A DNA stretch of 64,000 nt from Octopus sinensis (GCF_006345805.1 NC_043022.1:310001-374000), one strand, 5' to 3'. Shown: positions 37,261-50,505, counted from the first letter of the stretch. Notes: a model not told the origin generated them from the letters alone. Translations and numbers: made by a program.

Positions 37261-39111
37261 ATGGCTTTTGATAAGCAGTGCCAATTTTTACAATTCTGTA
37301 AATAATAATAATAATAATATTTTATAAGCTTAGAACTAAGAAATGACTAAAGAAAATAGTCTAATATTGAGGCAGATAAGCCCTTGATGGAAAAAAAGTA
37401 GGGTTTCCATATGCATGAGACTCAAACCCCCAGCTCTTTGTTTTCATGACAAGTGTGTTACCAAGTAGACAGAGACGGAGGGAGAACAGAGAACTTTCAT
37501 TTGGATGTGGCAGGGAGCCTTATTTTTGTAAAATACAGATTCCTTGACAACAACAACAAAAATGCTTTAGACAACCATCAGTCTTGGTACTTCTACTAGA
37601 GTCTTTACTAGACATAGCTATTTAGCAAAGATGGCACTTTACATCTGAATAAAGTTGTCTTAAAAAAAATAATGTCACACAAATCAGACTAATGGTATCC
37701 AGTCTGCTGTTTTTTATACAACAGTAATTTGAGAGAGATTTGGCTGATATTTCTAGCAGCTTCAGTGACCACATAAAGGTTGCTAGTAAGCTCAAGAGGC
37801 TTCTTCTAATTGTTGTTTAACCCAGGACAACACTGACTGAGCAGATGTATAATTAAAGACATGCTAATCATGACCACCATCACTTTCTCTGGTAGGGGGT
37901 GTTCAGATTTAAGACTACATTTTCCGATGTGTTTTTTCTTTATATGAAGTACATTTGGCTACTATTTCTAGCAATATCGAATGATCACATAGAAAGTTTC
38001 TCTGCTTGCAGACACCTCAGATTGATGAAGATAATATATGCCAGCCACTGCAAACTGGGTTTCACAAACAGGCCATAATCCAAATGAAAACCAAGGATTT
38101 AGTGGCAAGATGAACCAAATTAGGGGACACAGGTCTGATGTTGAGTACAGGATGGACTCCCTTATTCCCACTCAATCCCACATCACTCACCACCTCCAAG
38201 CTCTTCTCTTCCTGCACTCTGAAGACCTTACTTTACAGCTAAGTAGACTGGGCCAACCATTAAAGAGGGTTGGAAGGACATGAACTGTCGACCCCTTTAG
38301 TTACTTGGTATTGTACCAACTGAAACTCTACATACAACCTAGAATTTGATACGCACACTCACACATGCATGTATATGTGTGAGTGCGTATATGTATGTAT
38401 ACATACATATACATATTACATACATTATATACACAGTATATATTACATTTACATTATGTATTATATATTATACATATTAATATTAATGTATGTATATTTT
38501 GTGTATAATTATACATAAAGACATTTAAACATTAATTTAAAAAAAAAAGAACTCAATACATATACTCAGAGTATAAAGCTTATTCTTGGAAAGAAAAGGT
38601 CAACAATAACTTCAAAGTTTTACTCATGGTCTGGTTAGCTTAGTTAGTTTGTCTGTCAATGCCCACCACCAAGAAAACTTCAAAGTCATTGTCAACTTCC
38701 TTCCTTCTTTCTGTATTTTGTTTTGGCAAAAACGACAAATTATATATATATAACTTTGATAGGTTTTGGCCAGTAGAGGTCAAGGCCATGTCTAATTTAA
38801 TAGCACCACCTGGTATATATATATATAGTTTACTGTTCCTTGAAGGTAAGATCAACAAAGAAAGTACTCCATCCAGTGAAAGGTGTCATTTAATGTATAC
38901 ACAGTAAAGATAAAAGCTACCAATAGTTTCTTGCCATGACACGTGTCTTCACAGCAAGAAACTAATATTAACTCTTATCTTTATATTGTGCACATTAAAT
39001 GACATATATATTTCAAGTCACAATATATGGATTCAAGTAATCTGGTGCTACACATAAAAAAGCTCCTTAATGTATCATTGTACAAACCATATAAAATATA
39101 TAGTAATATAC

Positions 39112-42100
39112 ATGAGGAAAGAATGAGGAAAGAATAAGGAAGGAATAAGGAAGGAATAAGGAAGGAATAAGGAAAGAATAAGGAAAGAATAAGGAAGGAA
39201 TAAGGAAGGAATAAGGAAGGAATAAGGAAGGAATAAGGAAGGAATAAGGAAGGAATAAGGAAGGAATAAGGAAAGAATGAGGAAAGAATGAGGAAAGAAT
39301 GAGGAAAGAATAAGGAAGGAATAAGGAAGGAATAAGGAAAGAATAAGGAAAGAATAAGGAAAGAATAAGGAAGGAATAAGGAAGGAATAAGGAAGGAATA
39401 AGGAAGGAATGAGGAAAGAATGAGGAAAGAATAAGGAAGGAATAAGGAAAGAATAAGGAAAGAATGAGGAAAGATGAGGAAAGAATAAGGAAAGAATAAG
39501 GAAAGAATAAGGAAAGAATAAGGAAAGAATAAGGAAGGAATAAGAAAGAATAAGGAAAGAATGAGAAAGAATGAGGAAAGAATAAGGAAGGAATAAGGAA
39601 AGAATGAGGAAAGAAGAGGAAAGAATAAGGAAGGAATAAGGAAAGAATGAGGAAAGAATGAGGAAAGAATAAGAAAGAATAAGGAAGGAATAAGGAAGGA
39701 ATGAGGAAAGAATAAGGAAAGAATGAGGAAGAATGAGGAAAGAATAAGGAGGAATAAGGAAGGAATGAGGAAAGAATAAGGAAAGAATAAGGAAGGAATA
39801 AGGAAAGAATAAGGAAAGAATAAGGAAGGAATAAGGAAGGAATAAGGAAGGAATAAGGAAGGAATGAGGAAAGAATGAGGAAAGAATAAGGAAGGAATAA
39901 GGAAAGAATAAGGAAAGAATGAGGAAAGAATAAGGAAAGAATAAGGAAGGAATAAGGAAAGAATAAGGAAAGAATAAGGAAGGAATAAGGAAGGAATAAG
40001 GAAGGAATAAGGAAGGAATGAGGAAAGAATGAGGAAAGAATAAGGAAGGAATAAGGAAAGAATAAGGAAAGAATGAGGAAAGAATAAGGAAGGAATAAGG
40101 AAAGAATAAGGAAAGAATGAGGAAAGAATGAGGAAAGAATAAGGAAGGAATAAGGAAAGAATGAGGAAAGAATAAGGAAGGAATAAGGAAAGAATGAGGA
40201 AAGAATGAGGAAAGAATAAGGAAAGAATAAGGAAGGAATAAGGAAGGAATGAGGAAAGAATAAGGAAGGAATGAGGAAAGAATGAGAAAGAATGAGGAAA
40301 GAATAAGGAAGGAAAGAATAAGGAAGAATAAGAAGGAATAAGGAAAGAATAAGGAAAGAATAAGGAAAGAATAGGAAAGAATAAGGAAGAATAAGGAAGG
40401 AATAAGGAAGGAATAAGGAAGGAATAAGGAAAGAATAAGGAAAGAATAAGGAAGGAATAAGGAAAGAATAAGGAAAGAATAAGGAAAGAATAAGGAAAGA
40501 ATAGGAAGAATAAGGAAAGAATAAGGAAGGAATAAGGAAAGAATAAGGAAAGAATAAGGAAGGAATAAGGAAGAATAAGGAAGAATAAGGAAGGAATAAG
40601 GAAAGAATAAGGAAAGAATAAGGAAAGAATAAGGAAGGAATAAGGAAGGAATAAGGAAGGAATAAGGAAAGAATAAGGAAAGAATAAGGAAGGAATAAGG
40701 AAGGAATAAGGAAAGAATAAGGAAGGAATAAGGAAGGAATAAGGAAGGAATAAGGAAGGAATAAGGAAAGAATAAGGAAGGAATAAGGAAGGAATAAGGA
40801 AAGAATAAGGAAAGAATAAGGAAAGAATAAGGAAGGAATAAGGAAGGAATAAGGAAAGAATAAGGAAAGAATGAGGAAAGAATAAGGAAAGAATGAGGAA
40901 GGAATAAGGAAAGAATAAGGAAAGAATAAGGAAAGAATAAGGAAGGAATAAGGAAAGAATAAGGAAGGAATAAGGAAGGAATAAGGAAAGAATAAGGAAG
41001 GAATAAGGAAAGAATAGGAAGGAATAAGGAAGGAATAAGGAGGAATAAGGAAAGAATAAGGAAAGAATAAGGAAAGAATAAGGAAGGAATAAGGAAGGAA
41101 TAAGGAAGGAATAAGGAAAGAATAGGAAGGAATAAGGAAGAATAAGGAAGAATAAGGAAAGAATAAGGAAGGAATAAGAAGGAATAAGGAAAGAATAAGG
41201 AAGGAATAAGGAAAGAATAGGAAAGAATAAGGAAGGAATAAGGAAGGAATAAGGAAGGAATAAGGAAAGAATAAGGAAGGAATAAGGAAAGAATAAGGAA
41301 GAATAAGGAAGGAATAAGGAAGGAATAAGGAAAGAATAAGGAAGGAATAAGGAAAGAATAAGGAAAGAATAAGGAAGGAATAAGGAAGGAATAAGGAAAG
41401 AATAAGGAAGAATAAGGAAGGAAAGAATAAGAAGGAATAAGGAAGAATAAGGAAAGAATAAGGAAAGAATAAGGAAGGAATAAGGAAAGAATAAGGAAAG
41501 AATAAGGAAAGAATAGGAAAGAATAAGGAAAGAATAGGAAAGAATAAGGAAGGATAAGGAAGGAATAAGGAAGGAATAAGGAAAGAATAAGGAAGGAATA
41601 AGGAAGAATAAGGAAAGAATAAGGAAGGAATAAGGAAGGAATAAGGAAAGAATAAGGAAGGAATAAGGAAAGAATAAGGAAAGAATAAGGAAGGAATAAG
41701 GAAGGAATAAGGAAGGAATAAGGAAAGAATAAGGAAGGAATAAGGAAAGAATAAGGAAAGAATAAGGAAGGAATAAGGAAGGAATAAGGAAGGAATAAGG
41801 AAAGAATAAGGAAGGAATAAGGAAGGAATAAGGAAAGAATAAGGAAAGAATAAGGAAGGAATAAGGAAGGAATAAGGAAGGAATAAGGAAAGAATAAGGA
41901 AAGAATAAGGAAAGAATAAGGAAAGAATAAGGAAAGAATAAGGAAAGAATAAGGAAGGAATAAGGAAAGAAAGGAAAGAATAAGGAAGAATAAGGAAGGA
42001 ATAAGGAAGGAATAAGAAAGAATAAGGAAAGAATAAGGAAAGAATAAGGAAGGAATAAGGAAGGAATAAGGAAGGAATAAGGAAAGAATAAGGAAGGAAT

Positions 42101-43831
42101 AAGGAAAGAATAAGGAAAGAATAAGGAAGGAATAAGGAAGGAATAAGGAAGGAATAAGGAAGGAATAAGGAAAGAATAAGGAAGGAATAAGGAAAGAATA
42201 AGGAAAGAATAAGGAAGGAATAAGGAAGGAATAAGGAAGGAATAAGGAAAGAATAAGGAAGGAATAAGGAAAGAATAAGGAAAGAATAAGGAAGGAATAA
42301 GGAAGGAATAAGGAAAGAATAAGGAAGGAATAAGGAAAGAATAAGGAAAGAATAAGGAAGGAATAAGGAAGGAATAAGGAAAGAATAAGGAAAGAATAAG
42401 GAAAGAATAAGGAAGGAATAAGGAAGGATAAGGAAAGAATAAGGAAGAATAAGGAAAGAATAAGGAAAGAATAAGGAAAGAATAAGGAAAGAATAAGGAA
42501 GGAATAAGGAAGGAATAAGGAAAGAATAAGGAAGGAATAAGAAGGAATAAGGAAAGATAAGGAAAGAATAAGGAAGGAATAAGGAAAGAATAAGGAAAGA
42601 ATAAGGAAGGAATAAGGAAAGAATAAGGAAGGAATAAGGAAAGAATAAGGAAAGAATAAGGAAGGAATAAGGAAGGAATAAGGAAAGAATAAGGAAAGAA
42701 TAAGGAAAGAATAAGGAAGGAATAAGGAAGGAATAAGGAAAGAATAAGGAAAGAATAAGGAAAGAATAAGGAAAGAATAAGGAAAGAATAAGGAAGGAAT
42801 AAGGAAGGAATAAGGAAAGAATAAGGAAAGAATAAGGAAAGAATAAGGAAAGAATAAGGAAAGAATAAGGAAAGAATAAGGAAAGAATAAGGAAGGAATA
42901 AGGAAGGAATAAGGAAAGAATAAGGAAGGAATAAGGAAAGAATAAGGAAAGAATAAGGAAGGAATAAGGAAGGAATAAGGAAGGAATAAGGAAAGAATAA
43001 GGAAAGAATAAGGAAGGAATAAGGAAAGAATAAGGAAGGAAAGAATAAGGAAGGAATAAGGAAGGAATAAGGAAGGAATAAGGAAAGAAAGGAAAGAATA
43101 AGGAAAGAATAAGGAAAGAATAAGGAAAGAATAAGGAAAGAATAAGGAAAGAATAAGGAAGGAATAAGGAAGGAATAAGGAAAGAATAAGGAAGGAATAA
43201 GGAAAGATAAGGAAGGAATAGGAAGGAATAAGGAGGAATAAGGAAAGAATAAGGAAAGAATAAGGAAGGAATAAGGAAGGAATGAGGAAGGAATGAGGAA
43301 AGAATGAGGAAAGAATGAGGAAAGAATGAGGAAAGAATGAGGAAAGAATGAGGAAAGAATGAGGAAAGAATGAGGAAAGAATGAGGAAAGAATGAGGAAA
43401 GAATGAGGAAAGAATGAGGAAGAATGAGGAAGAATGAGGAAAGAATGAGGAAAGAATGAGGAAAGAATGAGGAAAGAATGAGGAAAGAATGAGGAAAGAA
43501 TGAGGAAAGAATGAGGAAAGAATGAGGAAAGAATGAGGAAAGAATGAGGAAAGAATGAGGAAAGAATGAGGAAAGAATGAGGAAAGAATGAGGAAAGAAT
43601 GAGGAAAGAATAAGGAGGAATAAGGAAAGAATGAGGAAAGAATGAGGAAAGAATGAGGAAAGAATGAGGAAAGAATGAGGAAGAATGAGGAAAGAAGAGG
43701 AAAGAATGAGGAAAGAATGAGGAAAGAATGAGGAAAGAATGAGGAAAGAATGAGGAAAGAATGAGAAAGAATAAGGAAAGAATAAGGAAAGAATAAGGAA
43801 AGAATAAGGAAAGAATAGGAAAGAATAAGGA
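39112..43831. repeat. 4.7-kb 11-bp satellite (GGAAAGAATAA / GGAAGGAATAA / GGAAAGAATGA), roughly 430 units
   Basis: Direct inspection; length/11. Confidence 0.98.
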
Positions 43832-43919
43832 GTGTATAAAGTTATCAAACAATTAGGCTTTTTCTTATTGTCAAATAAAAGTTCATCAAAATATTTCTGT
43901 CATTTATGACACATATATA

Positions 43920-43970
<51 letters not shown>

Positions 43971-44565
43971 CCAATTTGTAAAAGAATGTATAAGTTGGTA
44001 TTCAACAGATATATATACACAGACACACATATATACATAAATATATACATATATATTCAGATATGCACACACATATACATGTATTGGTTTACAAAGATAC
44101 ACACATATTTAATATATATATACACTTACATATATACACAAAATCATACACACGCAGCCAAGAAAGATTCTGTAAAGACATGCAGAATACTACAGGAGAT
44201 AGCAGAAGGAACTAATTAACCAAAACATAACGATAAAAAGTTTTAACGAAGACCAAACCCTACATCCCACTGGACACATCCAGAACAACAAAGCAATACA
44301 TACATATATATATATGTATATACACACATGTATGTATATTGTTAATAATAATAATACTTTTCTTTCCTTTGTTTTCCTCCAACTGTAATAAATGAAGGAT
44401 CTTGTGTTCTTGATTTCAGAATTGTTGCCAAAATAAAGCAATAATTGAAAGATAAGTAAACGAGGGTGCTACAGAGATCCAGTTAGACCCAGCAGGAACT
44501 GGTGCACCACATAATGCAATAATGACGATGATAGTAATAATAATAACTGGCTGCACGCTCTGCGT

Positions 44566-44680
44566 TCAATAGGTTGCTTCTGAAGTGTCTGCCACGGTAG
44601 TGGTTAGCGTCGGGCAGGACGTTGTGTTGGTTACGGTTTGCACCACTTGTTGGAGTTCAACAACTTGTGTTTCGACATCC
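44566..44680 (-). CDS. GOLGA3: Golgin-160 homologue terminal exon (R)DVETQVVELQQ...EATY-stop
   Basis: tccttttctcctatttacag| acceptor; phase 2; TGA at 44568-44566. Confidence 0.75.
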
Positions 44681-44823
44681 CTGTAAATAGGAGAAAAGGA
44701 AAAGAGATCTTGAAAAGAACCCTGTTACACAACACTGCAGAAAACAAATTTAATAAAGTCAGTACGAAAAATACGTAACATTTTTAGATATATATTATAT
44801 ATATATATAGATATATATATATA

Positions 44824-44883
44824 TATTTGCAAAGGGAGGCCATCCCTTCCTCGCGAGGAAGGGATGGCCTCCCTTTGCAAATA
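44824..44883. repeat. Perfect 60-bp palindrome
   Basis: tatttgcaaagggaggccatcccttcctcg|cgaggaagggatggcctccctttgcaaata. Confidence 0.95.
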
Positions 44884-45128
44884 CTTCAAGCGCACTGAAA
44901 TGGTGTCTAAAGCCAGCTAGAGACGACGATCTCCTGGGGCTATAAAGCTACAGTAACACCCCCTCCCCTATGTGGTTAGCCATGTTATGATGGCTTCTAT
45001 ACTTTACATTATCGAGCGATTACTGTTTCAATCTCATTCTGAGATTTAATAATGCCTATATATATATATATTACGGAGATGTACTCGCATAGCAAGTAAT
45101 TTGATCTGAGATCGTGTGCTGGAACGAA

Positions 45129-45563
45129 AACAATTGCAGTGTGGAAGGTGTTTATAAGCCATTTAAGAAATACACAAAAGCCGTTCGATTCACTTCAACA
45201 TTTAAGTTTAATTTGTCAAAATATTTTCGTCGCTAAAATCCGCGACCTGTTCACTGACAAAGTCCGTGCTGCATCTGAGAAAGTAACAGTTAGTTCGTCA
45301 TATATATGTACGTATGTATGTGTGTATGTAGGTATACATGTGTGTATGTATGTATGTACATACATACACACATACATACGTACATATATATAACGAACTA
45401 ACTGTTACTTTCTCAGATGCAGCACGGATTTTTGTCAGTGAACAGGTCGCAGATTTTAGCGACGAAAATATTTTGACAAATTAAACTTAAATGTTGAAGT
45501 GAATCGAACGGCTTTTGTGTGTTTCTTAAATGGCTTATAAACACCTTCCACGCTGCAATTGTT
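45129..45563. mobile_element. Inverted pair (~178-bp arms) of a Penelope-like terminal repeat around a TA/TG spacer
   Basis: Arms 45129-45306 and 45384-45563 are reverse complements; hammerhead-like fold in each. Confidence 0.65.
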
Positions 45564-45669
45564 ATATATATATATAATATATATATATATGTATATATAA
45601 ATATATGTATATAAAATATATGTATATATAAATATATGTATATATAAATATATGTATATATATATATAT

Positions 45670-46116
45670 ATATTGTTATATTTCGGAATGGTCATTTTGC
45701 CAGTTTAGCCAATAAAAACACACGCACTATATATTTGGTGTTATTTTGCTTCAGTGTTATTTATTTTTTACATTAATCTTAATCATATTTCGGCCAGAGT
45801 TCTTTCGTCACACTCCTGTGACCGCATCAGTGGTCCTTTGTTTTCTTCTCACTTACTTGTGTCTCTCCTTACTAACCGTCAGCCATTTTGTACTACAAAA
45901 TGGCTGACGGTTAGTAAGGAGAGACACAAATAAGAAAGAAGAAAACAAAGGACCACTGATGCGGTCACAGGAGTGTGACGAAAGAACTTTGGCCGAAATA
46001 AGATTAAGATTAATGTAAAAAATAAATATCACTGAAGCAAAATAACACCAAATATATAGTGCGTGTGTTTTTATTGGCTAAACTGGCAAAATGACCATTC
46101 CAAAATATAACAATAT
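45670..46116. mobile_element. ~223-bp-arm palindrome (1-nt centre at 45893) of a Penelope-like terminal repeat
   Basis: ttttgta-c-tacaaaa centre; arms differ by a few substitutions; hammerhead-like fold in each. Confidence 0.65.
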
Positions 46117-46192
46117 CTGTTTCAACACACGACTTCACATAAAAAATCTTGCACAACAAATATTTAAATGTATATATATAAATATATGTATA

Positions 46193-47101
46193 TAGAGGGT
46201 CATCCCATAAATAATGCGGTTTTTTCAATAGCTTGAACTAAAAGTCGGAGGGGGATGGGATAAACTACCTGCATCAACTTGCTATAAAAGCAGGTAGTAA
46301 TTTTACTTTGTCCTTATTCTTAGTGCAAATTTTGAAGAGTGCAGTTCAATTTTAACAGTTATATTTTTCAAAGCTATAATGGAAGTAACAAAGGAGCATA
46401 TTTGGCATATTTTGCTTTATGAGTTCAATAAAGGCAACAATGGAATGGAAAGTGAGAGGAATATCAATGCAGTATATGGGGATCGGACAATAAGCATAAG
46501 CCTGTATCAAGGGTGGTTCCAGAAATTCTGAGCCGGAAACTACAGCCTAGAGGATGAGTCTCATCTTGGAAGATCTGTAGAGCTCGACGAGGATGTCCTA
46601 CAAACCCTGGAGAAACAAAATCCCATCATGACTGTTAAGGAACTCGCAGAGAAGCTTAGATTTGGTCATTTACCATTCATGGCATCTGAAAACAACTATC
46701 TTTGGTTTCAAGACAAAAGGTTTTCCTTCCATCAAGATAATGCTTGGCTACATACAGTGAGGATGACATCCCAAAGGATGGAGCAGTTTGAATGGGAAAC
46801 AATGTCCCACCCACCATATTTGCCAGGAATTGCTCCATCAGTTATTCCGCAGTCTTCAAAATCATTTGGATGGAGAAAATATGAATTCTGCAGACAAGAT
46901 CAGAACAGTATGAGGAGTATTTTTCATGATGGACCAGTGAGTTTTGGAAGAGAAGCCTTGCAAGTCTACTAGATAGATGGAAGAGCATTGTGGAAAATGA
47001 AGGAGGGTATGTTTTAGATTAAAAAATAACTCTGTTTATCTTAATTTTGAAAAATAGAAAGAAGGATAGAAAAAGTGCATTATTTATGGGATGACCCAGT
47101 A
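46193..47101 (+). mobile_element. Decayed, internally deleted mariner with both TIRs
   Basis: TIRs gggtcatcccataaataatgc / gcattatttatgggatgaccc at TA; MEVTKEHIWHILLYEFNKG.. (HTH), FHQDNA..H, HPPYLPGIAPS. Confidence 0.88.
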
Positions 47102-47579
47102 TATACGTATATATGTTAGATGTTGACTCCTGGAAGAAAGAGTATAAGATACCAGAGTCATGATGATCCTCATTTAACATCCGTTTTCCATGTTGGCATG
47201 AGTTGAATTGTTGGAGAGACACTGGCAAGTGAGAGAGCTGCACCAGGCTGGAATTGTTTGTTGTGGCATGGTTTCTACGGCTGGACGCTCTTCCTGATAT
47301 CAACCGCTTTATAGAATGTACTGGATGCTCTTTACGTGGAACCAGCTCAGGTACTTTATATGTGGCACCAGCATGGGTGCTTTGTGGGTACACAGGGACT
47401 ACAGGCAAGTTAGGACTGAGAGAACATCAAAGAATATAGCTATAACTTACCTGAAGAACCTCTGCATCCAGATATGTAACTCAAAGAAGCAAAAGACTGA
47501 CTGGCCAAAAATATAAATATTATCAAACCTCTATTATGGTGTTGACTAATTTTTCTTCCAGCAGTCAATATTAAACATG

Positions 47580-47616
<37 letters not shown>

Positions 47617-48269
47617 GCACAAAATATGGGGGTTTTAGTTCACAGGTGATCTAAACGACTAGGTACACTAGGTAAGTGCTGTAACGGATTACTAGGGCTC
47701 CAAGGTTAATGCCGAGATGGTAGTTATGGAGCCAGTGCAGATTTCCGATATAGCAGATATATAATTGTTTAAGAGGACAACAAATGTTAAGACAGAGCAA
47801 ACATCTCAAGTCATATACAATATTATTATTATTGGAAAAAAAATTCAAAGTGTTAAAACTGTTTCTGGAATATCCCATACTCTAGGCTATCCCAGTAACA
47901 GCTCTAAGACTGAATTGCTCATCTGGGGGTGTAGATTTAGCAGTATGGGCAAACCAAAAAATTATTTATAATACACAATACAGCAAATGAATTTGTTGTG
48001 TTAGATAAGGCATATTTCAGTCTCAATGCACAAAACATATGTAAAACTATAAAATTCTCTCAACAGAACAAATGAACTTGACAATCAATACATCACTATT
48101 TCAATCTTGTTGGGCCTCATTAGCTTCCATGAAGCCAAGGTAATTCTTTCTCTTGCTGGCACCATACATAATATGTAGAAGTATCAGGTATTTATAATCT
48201 ACGTAATAACATTCTGCTTCCAAGTTCTATAAAAGCTGAGAAATATGACAGAACTACAAATAGACTGAC

Positions 48270-48383
48270 CTCCAGGTTTCACCAGAATTCTGAATAGCTG
48301 CTGAATGATCATCGATCTGCTTCTCTAGTCCGGAGATTTGAGCTCGAAGACTACTCAGGCAGGACTGCAAGTCATCCAATGGT
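48270..48383 (-). CDS. GOLGA3: Golgin-160 exon PLDDLQSCLSSLRAQISGLEKQIDDHS..W
   Basis: AG/GT, phase 2-2; resembles GOLGA3 C-terminal PLKNLNSCLQQLKQEMDSLQRQMEEH. Confidence 0.85.
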
Positions 48384-48555
48384 CTGTAAGAGATAACATA
48401 TTCATGGAGTAGTAATGGTAGACGTAGGTATTTTCAATTACAGTCTCTTTCACTTACATTACAACATGTAGCTTATACGCTATCACATGACTCAGTCACA
48501 CAGACAACACTAGTACAGTCACATCACATACACACTGTAACCATAAGTTACTTAC

Positions 48556-48824
48556 TTGCTTTCCAGAGCTTGGACTGTTGTGTCCTGCAATAGCTGTTCC
48601 AAGGCTTCGATGTCAAATGGTTCACCGACCGGCGCCAATAGGGTCTCCTTGCTATCTTCATCCATTTGTGTCCCGACGTCTCGACAGTTCGGAGAGCAAG
48701 CTCCTTCGGTTACAGGCTGCATTGATTCAGGTTCAATGCTGGCTTCTTCTGCCGTCAGGTTTTCACTGTTAACTAAGGTCCTCTTGGGGGAGCCTTTTAA
48801 TTTGGATGAAACCTTTTTGGAGAT
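48556..48824 (-). CDS. GOLGA3: Golgin-160 exon ISKKVSSKLK...EALEQLLQDTTVQALES
   Basis: ccag| and AA|gtaagt; 269 nt, phase 0-2. Confidence 0.75.
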
Positions 48825-50379
48825 CTGGTTGCAATCAGAGAAAAGAAGACAAAATATGAATTTAAAAGTAAAAAAACAGAAATAGATTCATCAATCTAAC
48901 AAAGTAATTATTTCTCCAAGATATTTATCCAGTCATTGGACTGTGGCCATGTTGGAGCATCTCTTTGAAAATTCTACTCAAACTGACACCAATACTTATT
49001 TGTCTTCAAATTCTAGTACTTATTCTATTGATGTCTTTTGGTTGAGCGATTAAGTTATGGGGACATAAACAAACCAACACCAGTTGTCAAGTGGTGGGGC
49101 CAAACACGTACACATATATGCACACATATAGTCAACAAGCTTCCATACAGTTTTGTGAGGCAAATTCAGTCACAAGATAGAAATCAAATCTTCAAATTAC
49201 ACTCTGTATGAAAATAAGGAAAGGACTCCTTGCCTAAAGTAGTCACAGACTTTGTCCTGGACAAGACCTTAAACCACATCCAGCAATGAGGCTCTAACCA
49301 AGGATTTCAGAATTTTAGGGAGCATAGAGATAACCCTTAATTACCACTATTCCCAGGTAGGCTCTGCTCGAGAGCAGTAGAACTTGTCAAAAGCCCCGGT
49401 AAAAAGCCAGTTTGCAGAAGATGGATTTTTGGCTAAGACATACACGAGTTGGCGGAGGACTAGCCTCTGTCATGTATCAGGCAGGTCTACCAGAGGGTGA
49501 AGATGCCCTGATGTCTAAGGAACTAGTAACCCTCATCTAAGGGTTAAATAAGGACCTGTGCTTCAAGAATAAACTTGAGAGAGCTGGAAACTAGCAGGTT
49601 AAATGAGGGAAAGCAATGAGAAACCACTGCTGTAGCTATCCCAAGAAAAATAATGAATCTTCAGACTTTGGTATGAAAGTCTTTGATTGGTGGCATCTGT
49701 AGGTTTGGCACATTATGAACTGAGTCCAAGATATTCCTGTGGAAAGATGGAGTGACCAGGGACTAAGCAACAAGCAGCACAACCACTGTACAGAACAGAC
49801 AGTAAAGGTGGAATGGGGGTGGGGTCAACATGGACATCAGACAACTAGCTGAAAAGGTATGTGGGGGGGAGGGGGCTCAGTGGTTTCCATGGATATGGCA
49901 GTTAACTCTCATACACAAAAACACAAAGATGCTGACACTTTCAAACAGATACACACACATGCAAGCAGATACATACACACATACACCTGCAGACAGACAC
50001 ACAGGTATACACACAGGTATGGTTAGTCCACATTACTCTGTAAGGAGTATAGGGCCGGTTTCCTGATTTCTCTGGTGCAGACATATATTCGTTCCTGGAC
50101 AGGATGACTGTCCATTGCAGGATTACTCTTTTTTAGCAGCTGAGTGGACTGGGGCAACATGAAATGAAGTGTTTTGCTCAAGAACACAAAGCATCGCCTG
50201 CTTCAGGAATTGAAATCACAACCTCATGACCACGAGCTGAACACCTTAACCACCAACACACACACACACACACACATATGACCAAAATTAAAATAAAAAG
50301 AAAAATAGCAACAAACAATAAAAATAAACATACAGAACAACAAAAATCAAAACAAACAGCAGAAAAAAAGTTTTCTGAC

Positions 50380-50505
50380 CTTATGTTGATGGATTGAGGT
50401 CTTAAGGGCACTCCTTAATTCAGCCACTTTGGCCTGTTGGTTCAACTTTTCTTGGCGTGAGGCTTTCAGTTCACCACGGAGGGCCTCCAGTTCTTGCTGG
50501 TTGTT
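50380..50505 (-). CDS. GOLGA3: Golgin-160 exon NNQQELEALRGELKASRQEKLNQQAKVAELRSALKTSIHQHK
   Basis: AG/GT, 126 nt, phase 0-0; resembles KFMLQAKVSELK. Confidence 0.85.

Noticed and set aside
38981-43852. 1623-aa and 1593-aa minus-strand ORFs
   Set aside because: Translations of the 11-bp satellite; the pyrimidine-rich strand rarely forms stop codons and the product is only F/L/I/P/S/Y/H repeats
44890-44935. Another hammerhead-like motif (CUGAAAUG-GUGUCU..AGAGAC-GACG)
   Set aside because: GAAA is missing, stem II has a mismatch, and no stem I/III was found
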